Shown: in pieces, positions 39,601 to 46,600 of the stretch | Position numbering within the stretch: position 1 is the first letter of the stretch | Layout of the letters: the number at the start of each line of letters is the position of its first letter | Assembly: GCF_036321535.1 (NCBI RefSeq) | Contig: NC_087437.1 | Coordinates: 112,222,001 to 112,286,000 of the forward strand | Direction: 5' to 3' | Length of the DNA: 64,000 bases | From: Camelus dromedarius | Lineage: Eukaryota | Notes under the pieces: generated by a model | The model's input: the letters and a program-made list of their open reading frames with translations, nothing else | The model's database searches: none | Told to the model about the DNA's origin: nothing | Translations under genes and position numbers: made by a program

Positions 39601-41852
39601 AGGTGGTGTTACCTTGTGTCTGTCTAATATTTCTCCATTAAAAAGCGTTACTCTGTGTTTAAATAAAAATTCTAGGAATAGTAAAACAGAAGACCTAGGT
39701 CTAGTATGTTTGTGTATGTACATTTAATCAAGAATATATGTTTAAAATTTTAAACATTGTCTTTTCTTTTCTTTCTTTCCTTTTTCTCCTCTTTCTTCTC
39801 CCTCTTCTTTTTTCAGCAATAAACATGTGTTGTCTATTTACTGTGTGTCCACATGCCATAGGTGCTAGGGATATAGATGTGAATAAAACAAAAAAACATG
39901 CTCTTGTGGAGCTTAAAGTCTGAAAAGTGGGAAAAGGATTGACAGGTCAATAAATGTTATCTGTACAGGGGGGATATGAAATTGGATCCCTACTTCACAC
40001 AATACACAAACATCAGTTTCAGGCATATTAACCACTTAATGTGAAAGGCAAAATTGTTAAGTTTTGGAAGGCAATATAGGAGATTCTTACTTTAGGGTAA
40101 AGAAGATTCAGCAAAAACCATGAAGAAAGAAAATTTATACATTTTCTTACATTAAAATTGAGAATTTCTTTCCACTGAATGTCATCATAAAGAAAGTAAA
40201 ATGTTAAACCACAGACTGTGGGAAAATACATGTAACATAAATAATCAACAAACAATTAGCATCCAGATTATATAAAGAGCCCCTATGAATCAATAAGTAA
40301 AAATATGAACAACCCAATAGAACAATTCTCCTCAAGGCTGGGTCTGGAGAGAGTAGGGGAGGAGTAGATTTGTCAAATTGGGCAGCCTGAGCAGAATAGA
40401 GAGGAGGACGGTGTCAATGATGATTCCAGGTCTGGGAGAGGAATCGTGACCACCCTCCTCACCATGACCCCATTGTGGCCAGTCTCCTTAGCCCACCTCG
40501 CACTGCTGTGTCCTGGAGGTGCTGGAACAGAGCAAGGTCCAGTCTCCCTACTCTTCTCATCTGTGACCCTTTAGGGGTCACCTGCATCTTTAAGGTCTTC
40601 CAGTCCAGGGGTCTTGGACCCCAGTGGAATTGGATCCCTAGAATCTCTCCTCCCCCACAGTTCTCTGACACCCTGAAGAATGTCTTGGCAATCAAGAGTT
40701 AAAATCTATCAAGCCTAAATGGAGAGAGTCCCCTGACATGCAAGAGGCTGCGAGGGGACAGCAGTAGGAGGCAGTGGAGCATCGTCTCTGCTGCGGGCAG
40801 CCTGCCTATTTTCAACCCCAGCCTCCACCACTTAGTATTCCTGAAGCTCGGGCAGGTTTCTTAACCTCTCTGCCTCGTTTTCTCATCTGTCAAATGGGGA
40901 TAAGAATCGTAAGCCTACTTCATAGAGCAGCTGTGAGGGTAGAATGAATTATAACATGTAGATGACTAAGAGCAGTGCCCTGCAAATAGTAGACACTATG
41001 TGACAATAGCTGTTACTCATGCCATCCTCATTGTCACCACCTTCCCCGTCACGGGGCAGTTAATTAACCTCATTACGTTTTATTATGTCGAAAACACTCA
41101 GAATTGACAGGCTCTCTCTCTCTCTCTCTTTTTTTTTTTTTTTTAAGGATTTTTATAAATTGTCAGCCTGGGTCTTTCCTGAGCTGCCTCCGTTGGAAAA
41201 AGTGGCTACCGTGGAGATCATTCATGTCAACCGAAAGAAGAAAGTGTGGGATTATAGTTATGATGAAAGTGACAGCGATGACGAAACAGCCCCGCAAGTA
41301 AGCGCAGGTGGTTACACCATGCATGGACTCAGGCCCCTGGGGCCCACCTCCACCTCCTCGGCCACCTTGGAGGACTGCAGTGACCAGGCCACCGAGGAGC
41401 CAGACCTGCCCGAGCCTGAGGCTGTCACTGAGGCCGCCATGGCACCAGGGCCCAGCCCCTGGCAGTCAGAATGCACAAGTGGGGCCCACGAGGTCAGTGG
41501 GGATCTGCTGCAGGATGCCCTTTCTGAGGAGGGCAGCAGCCCCACTGAGGACTCTGGGGACAGAATTATCTTCAATGTGGATTTGAACTCAGTGCTTGTG
41601 AGGGTCCTTGACGACGAGGATGATGACAACTCGGAAGTCACTCCAATGTTATCATCTCTTCCAGAAGAGGCTGTCATGCCAGAGGGTCCCGCTGAAACAG
41701 ACTCGAGCCTTCTGGTGGCCCGCGGAGAAGGGACACAGCTGCCCTTCCCCAGCCCCTCCGCGGAGTGCCTGTGGCCTGAAGATGCTCCTTCTGATCACAG
41801 TGACACTTCCGAGTCAGATGTTGACATTGGGGATGGTTATATAATGAGATGA
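24623..41852 (+). CDS. IFNAR2: Interferon alpha/beta receptor 2, full-length isoform; join(24623..24677,25844..25885,27092..27215,28389..28561,30515..30678,33854..34022,38036..38166,41148..41852), 520 aa
   Basis: Eight GT-AG exons (55+42+124+173+164+169+131+705=1563 nt) splice in frame. Peptides [83 protein letters not shown] and C-terminal GDGYIMR are diagnostic of IFNAR2. Confidence 0.97.
25030..25141 (-). mobile_element. tRNA-Ala-derived SINE (Vic-1-like), antisense in IFNAR2 intron 2
   Basis: Reverse complement reads ggagggtataactcagcactagagcgcatgctcagctgtacaaggtcctggggtcaatcccc plus an (AAAT)n tail. Confidence 0.75.
25844..25885 (+). CDS. IFNAR2: IFNAR2 exon 3 (42 nt), [14 protein letters not shown]
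   Basis: ttcttcttcctag| acceptor, ACG|GTAAGA donor, SLVFGISY signal-peptide motif. Confidence 0.93.
27092..27215 (+). CDS. IFNAR2: IFNAR2 exon 4 (124 nt), FNIII D1 N-half
   Basis: [41 protein letters not shown]; tag| acceptor, AG|GTTGGT donor. Confidence 0.95.
28389..28561 (+). CDS. IFNAR2: IFNAR2 exon 5 (173 nt), FNIII D1 C-half
   Basis: [26 protein letters not shown]...[10 protein letters not shown]; tttcaaag| acceptor, A|GTGAGT donor. Confidence 0.95.
28670..28795. repeat. 61-bp tandem duplication inside a MIR
   Basis: 28670-28730 and 28731-28791 differ at 3 positions. Confidence 0.9.
29816..29996. mobile_element. MER58-like hAT element
   Basis: ctttctctaaagggccagaga...ctttgtgggcc...catagtttgccatctcttg. 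Confidence 0.55.
30515..30678 (+). CDS. IFNAR2: IFNAR2 exon 6 (164 nt), FNIII D2 N-half
   Basis: (T)[23 protein letters not shown]...[11 protein letters not shown]; the nearest in-frame AG after the pyrimidine tract is ttctaag| at 30514; donor AAG|GTAAGT. Confidence 0.9.
31350..32760 (+). mobile_element. L2 LINE fragments in IFNAR2 intron 6 (orientation tentative)
   Basis: gggccagattttgtagggctttgtgg...gtccaggtgacagatggtggtggcttggacc...gagaagtggtcaaattctgcatatattttgc. Confidence 0.6.
33646..33665. repeat. (GT)10 microsatellite
   Basis: Read directly. Confidence 0.9.
33854..34022 (+). CDS. IFNAR2: IFNAR2 exon 7 (169 nt), FNIII D2 C-half
   Basis: [56 protein letters not shown]; tttttacag| acceptor and CAG|GTATGA donor. 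Confidence 0.95.
34610..35090 (-). mobile_element. MER21-family LTR fragment (more degenerate copy)
   Basis: ataatttgctaggacaactcatagaactcagg...gggtttttgaagttctgtgccaagagccagggacaaag. Confidence 0.55.
35140..36007 (-). mobile_element. MER21-family solo LTR
   Basis: ggatcccacaggttaagggctcagtcccacaagactgcccc...gaccaaatatgtatttcttgctagaaatcacaatatcaca, the reverse complement of the recalled TGTGATATTGTGATTT start. Confidence 0.75.
38036..38166 (+). CDS. IFNAR2: IFNAR2 exon 8 (131 nt), transmembrane exon
   Basis: [44 protein letters not shown]; aacag| acceptor and TTG|GTATGT donor. Confidence 0.95.
40760..41015. mobile_element. MIR upstream of IFNAR2 exon 9
   Basis: gggcaggtttcttaacctctctgcctcgttttctcatctgtcaaatggggataa (MIR core). 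Confidence 0.7.
41148..41852 (+). CDS. IFNAR2: IFNAR2 exon 9 coding part, acidic intracellular domain (JAK1/STAT2 binding)
   Basis: ORF 41085..41852 used from DFYKLSAW after the (CT)n-Tn-aag| acceptor; ends GDGYIMR-TGA. Confidence 0.96.
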   Translation, partial: DFYKLSAWVFPELPPLEKVATVEIIHVNRKKKVWDYSYDESDSDDETAPQVSAGGYTMHGLRPLGPTSTSSATLEDCSDQATEEPDLPEPEAVTEAAMAPGPSPWQSECTSGAHEVSGDLLQDALSEEGSSPTEDSGDRIIFNVDLNSVLVRVLDDEDDDNSEVTPMLSSLPEEAVMPEGPAETDSSLLVARGEGTQLPFPSPSAECLWPEDAPSDHSDTSESDVDIGDGYIMR

Positions 41853-42637
41853 ATGAATCCAGAAATATTTAATTAACTTGGACGAATGCTACCTCCAAGC
41901 TTCTCCCTCCTAGAACCCTTGTTCTCCAAGGGAATGAGTAGGAGACTGCAGAGTCACTGTTCTTCCTGGTGACATCATCTATGCAAATTCCCAGTAAGGG
42001 GAAGGGGAGGTGGGAACCGCACTATCCTGGTATCATTCAGTGCACTGTTTACAAGTTCAAAGCAATTGGCTTTGAAGGGAAAATGCCCTGCCCATCCCCT
42101 TTACTCTCATGAAGTTATAACGTTTCTGCATCCTGTCCCCCAGAGTAAGGAGCAAGATTTCCTGTGATTTTCATGGGGTGGTCCAGGGCCCCGTAAGAGT
42201 TCTGGGAAATTACTAAATCGGGCCAGAGTGGAGTGGGGGAGAGAAAAGGCAGACACTCAGCAGGGTTCATAGTGGGAGCAGTCAGCACAGGCTCAAGGAA
42301 AGAGCAAGAAAGAGGGGGAGGCAGAGGGTGCATCTGGAGAGAAAGGAAGGACACACACAAGGAAACAGAAGCACATGCTCTGAGTTGGAAGTAGGGAAGG
42401 CCCAGCCACGTCCTGGCCATCTCCCAGATGATATTCTGTCTCCTAAGCTCTTGAGAATTCAACTTTCAGCCCCTGGTTCAGCCCTCTTCAGTTTGAGTGA
42501 GGAAGACAGACTCACACACATAAATTACTCTAGAGCCTGGCAGATGACTTATAGAGAAAGATTTGCATTAAGGAGAGGGACTAAAATCTCAGCGTCATTT
42601 TTTAAGATTTAATTTTGTATAATGGAGGTTGGTAAAA

Positions 42638-42643
42638 AATAAA
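42638..42643 (+). terminator. Candidate proximal poly(A) signal of IFNAR2 (AATAAA)
   Basis: AATAAA about 0.8 kb after the stop codon. Confidence 0.45.
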
Positions 42644-42948
42644 ACATACCTTTTCATACAAACTTGGTAATGTCTTCAGAGTTGTTTCGTATTGGAGAGG
42701 ATATATATCCAGCGGATGTGTGGTTCTGTTGGCATCTCCAGGTTGCACAAAACTCCCGCTAACTCTGTGCAACGGCCTGTGGGGGCCAAAGGCACGTTCT
42801 GCCTCCCTGGGACAGGTATCAGGCAGTGTCTTAACGTCACCCAGTATTTCACCCTGTTCTGAGCTTTCTGATGTCACTACTGCACAAGTTTAAAAAGAGG
42901 AAATTGAGCCTTTCTCACCAGTCTTGTGACAGAAACAAATTATTGCCA

Positions 42949-42976
42949 AATAAATGACTTGGTTTTGTGTTGTTTA
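42949..42976 (+). terminator. Candidate distal poly(A) signal of IFNAR2 with GU-rich element
   Basis: AATAAA at 42949-42954 followed by GGTTTTGTGTTGTTT; last AATAAA seen before the IL10RB promoter. Confidence 0.5.
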
Positions 42977-43303
42977 TCCCCAGTGGGCTGGGGGGAGGTT
43001 ACGGTAAAGACCCTCTCAAGTGGGATTTGCTAATGGAGTGCTTTAAAATCAATTTATTTGCAGGGAGAGGGGATTATGGAGGATGTGCCAGTTCACTGGA
43101 AAAAACTTGGTGAATACTGAATGGTGTAAAGAAAAACCACCATCACCCATAAGTCTACCACCCAAATATAACCTCTAGGTTGGCATGGTAGTGTATTTAT
43201 TTAACTTGCGGGCTCCTTTCAAAGCAAGCATTTAGTGTAATGGGACACTGTGCCTACAGTTTTGCAACCTGTTTTACTATCGGTGTTTTCCACTCACCGG
43301 GGA

Positions 43304-43325
43304 GGAAAGTCCCCTTTCACTTCTG
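43304..43325 (-). promoter_or_regulatory. Composite IRF/PRDI-like + NF-kB site
   Basis: Minus strand reads CAGAAGTGAAAG-GGGACTTTCC, a canonical kB site directly adjacent to a GAAGTGAAAG IRF-type motif. Confidence 0.6.
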
Positions 43326-43436
43326 CATCTCCTTGCTCCCCGCCAAGCCTTTGACCGTGGCCTCTCCTGCCCGGCGCACAGGGGCGGGGCCCGAGGCAGG
43401 GGCGGGGGCTCGTGTCGCCCCGCCCCGCCCCGCCCC

Positions 43437-43445
43437 TTCCCGGAA
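43437..43445. promoter_or_regulatory. GAS/STAT site TTCCCGGAA overlapping an ETS core CCGGAAG
   Basis: Perfect TTCN3GAA consensus about 125 bp upstream of the IL10RB ATG. Confidence 0.5.
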
Positions 43446-43567
43446 GCAGCCTCGGGGCGGGGCAGGCCGAATCTCCCGGGCGTGGACGCGGGCGCGGGGG
43501 CGTGTGCTCCGGTGCCCCGCGGCTGCCGGCGGGCCCCCGAGCGCCCTCCCGGGCTCCCGGCGAGACC

Positions 43568-43616
43568 ATGGCGCGGAGCCTCCAGAGCTGGCTGGGCGGC
43601 TGCCTCCTAGTGTCAG
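43568..43616 (+). CDS. IL10RB: IL10RB exon 1 coding part (signal peptide)
   Basis: Kozak ACCATGG; CAG|GTGAGG donor; inside a CpG island. Confidence 0.95.
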
Positions 43617-46600
43617 GTGAGGGGCCTGCGGGGAGGGGGCACCGGGAGGTCTCCAGGGCGGCGGCTCGACGGCGTGTACCGGCGCCTCCCCAAGCCTGCG
43701 CGGGGACCCTGACCCGCCGTGGTGCGGCTTCTCGACCCGATGTACCCTCGGGGACTCGGAGGCTGACTACGACGCCTGGACCCCTTGAGCGGACCCCGTA
43801 GGCACACTGAAAGTGACTAGGTACCTGGGCAGGCCTCCCATTCAGCCCTCAGCATCCCAAGATCTGAATTCTGCTCCTCAACTCTACAGCCCTGTGGCTT
43901 CTGAGTTCTAAATCAAGTGAAACCCTTTTGTCCTGCCCTAAATTGCCTGCCCAGGTTCAAACAAGATGGTCCCCTCCTTCCTTTCTGATGAACTTATCCC
44001 TGGCCTTCCAGGATACCTCTGGGGTGTTCCTTCTACCTATCAGGCTGTTTCTACCTAGGGTGCTCCACCTGTACCAGGTCGCCATAGCGCCAAGTTCATG
44101 TCGGAGCCCTCTCCTTTCCTTCCCCTACACTATCCCTTTGGGAAGTGTCAGCCGAACTCTGGCATTAAATACTAGCTACGTGCTCTTGCCTCACATTTTT
44201 AGCACTGTTGGCACTAGTTAGGTGATGAGCTCATGGTGGTTTATTATATTCTTCTCTCTCCTTTTGTGTATGTTTGACACTTTCTATTTAAAATTTTAAA
44301 AATGATTTCTGTCTCTAGTGTAAATCTGTCCTCTGTTCTCCAGGCTCCATCATCCGTCTGCCTCTGACATTCCCACTTGGACATCCTTCAGCATCTCAAA
44401 CCTAATGCAGATCCTACAATGGGACTCTTGGTTTCCCTATTCCCAGCCCCAGTCAGGGCATCAGGTGCTTAAGTCAGGAATGGATACTAACTTTTACTTC
44501 TTCACTCCAGGTGTATCAGGAATTCTAGAGTTCTATACCTCTGGGAATATATCTAAAATCCATCTACCCACCCCCTCACATCTTCTCCCACCAACCAAAT
44601 CCAGATCACCCTCATCCATCCCCACTTCACTCTTGCTTTCCACCCTCCCCGCCAACCCTCTTCAAATAAAATCCAGACTCTTCAGCACAGTTAAAGCTTG
44701 TCTGTCCCTCACCCACATACCCATTCGAAGACTTGGAGCCATAGGGGAAGCCCAAGTATTGGATATGGTTATTTCCTTGGACAACCTTTTTGAGGAAAAA
44801 AGTTGTCAACTTTTACCCTTTGTTTTTACAGCATTAGGAATGGTGCCACCTCCTGAAAACGTCAGAATGAATTCAGTTAATTTCAAGAACATTCTACAGT
44901 GGGAGTCACCTGCTTTTCCCAAGGGGAATCTGACTTTCACAGCTCAGTACCAAAGGTAAGTCGAGGGCACTCTAGGCAGGAAGGCACCAGAGGGTGGTGG
45001 CCCTGGGCTGGTCACTGGGCCAGACCACAGAGGAGAGTCTGACTGCTGTCACCTCCATAACCATGGTAGCCTACGGGAAGCCTTTTTCCTGGTCCTCTTT
45101 CTTTTTGGCCCTAAAATTCTTGTGAAAACTCTGTCCTCTGAAAACAGACAAGTAAAATCCTTTTTCCTTTTTCTTGTGATAGTTCATGGTGTGATCATTG
45201 CAGGGCCACTGAAAAATAGACATTTTATCACGTAGACATGGGTGTCATCAGCCACGGTGGTAACCTACTACATTGCGAGCATACTGAGTTTGTCACAATT
45301 GATGTTTCTTAAGAGAAAAATGCCATAGATTACCATCTTCCAAGTACTTAAAGTAGTATTGCTGGAAGTCAGCAATTTACAAGTGGATGCTCTCCAAGAA
45401 AACTGAGGTATGCAAAGAAGCCCAGAAGCCTCTTGCTAGCTTACCACCCACCCCCTCCAGTAGGTTATAACCTGGGTGCCCCAGTGCAGGGTGGTGCAGA
45501 CAGTGTGCATAGTCGGGGCTCAGTTACTCCAAGGCTCTGTCCTGAGACTGCAAGTAAGACAGCCACTGGCTGTCAAAAGCTCTGTGAAGACAGCAGAGGC
45601 TTACAAAGGAAGGCTGAGTGTCACCCACAATGATGACCTCCGCTCTGATCTCCTAGTACCTTCCCTGCCTGTCGGTTTTTCCCTGTGCCAGCCGTCCTTT
45701 GGCAGCCTGCCACCATACACCCCAGGCTGGACTGCAGGTGACGCCCCTTTGTGCCAGGTGCAAACAGCAACAGGTGGCCAAAGGCCAATGAGCCACACAC
45801 CTGCTTCCAGTGTGACTCAGAAACATACAAAGGCAGACAGCTCCTTCAGTGAGGAGAGAGGAAGTATGGGTCTCGGATGCCATTAATGCCACACTCCTCA
45901 CGCGGCCTTCATTTTACAAACATATCCAAGGCCTGCTAAGTCAAAGTGAGACAGGCTGGCTCCTGGGATGTGGGACCCAGGGCTGCAGTGCTTGCACGAG
46001 GGCAAACATCTCCTAGAGCAACAAAATACAAAGAAACCATAAGGGACTAAAAATAATTGCATGCATGTGCAGTTGGGGCACATTATGAATAACAAGATAC
46101 AAAAAGACCAAAAACCCAACTGCCACTTAAAGCAGGCAGCTGCACGTGATCCCTGCACACAGCACCACCAAGAGGGTAGGTGGACCACCTAAGCCACCCC
46201 TCCAGCCTGATCCCTGGACCTGCCCCTGCCCTCACCCCATTTAAGGGACCAGCTCACCCCCACCTCAGGGAGCAAGCAAGGGAACCTGTTACTTGTTTTA
46301 GCTCCTTTATGCTGTGAGTCTCAATAAAACCTTGCCTGAATTTCTTATCTAGCCTCTTACCAATTTCTATTAAGGGTTAGGGTTAGGGTTACCCTAAGAA
46401 GTAGAAAGATAAGTAAGAGAATCCTTGTTTACATTCTTTTAAACTTGTTAGTTCAAAATAATTCTAAGCTAACAAAACATTTCAAAAATTTCAAGTATAA
46501 TACAAAGCACTTCCAAATAGCTTGTATCCAGATTCACCAATTTTTAAGGTTCTCCACATTTTGTCTCCCCATTTCTCTCATACATAATGCCTTTAGCCTC

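Larger units (their letters stand above)
43290..43810. promoter_or_regulatory. CpG island / promoter of IL10RB with clustered Sp1 GC boxes
   Basis: GGGGCGGGGC and (CCCCG)n runs at 43381-43436, CpG dense, surrounds the ATG at 43568. Confidence 0.9.

Noticed and set aside
41104..41110. Alternative acceptor gacag| 37 nt upstream of exon 9
   Set aside because: No pyrimidine tract precedes it; the tract lies downstream and serves the 41148 site.
44405..44831. ORF extending IL10RB exon 2 upstream by about 140 codons
   Set aside because: Intronic, L2-like sequence with no signal peptide; the canonical exon 1 with a strong Kozak explains the N-terminus.
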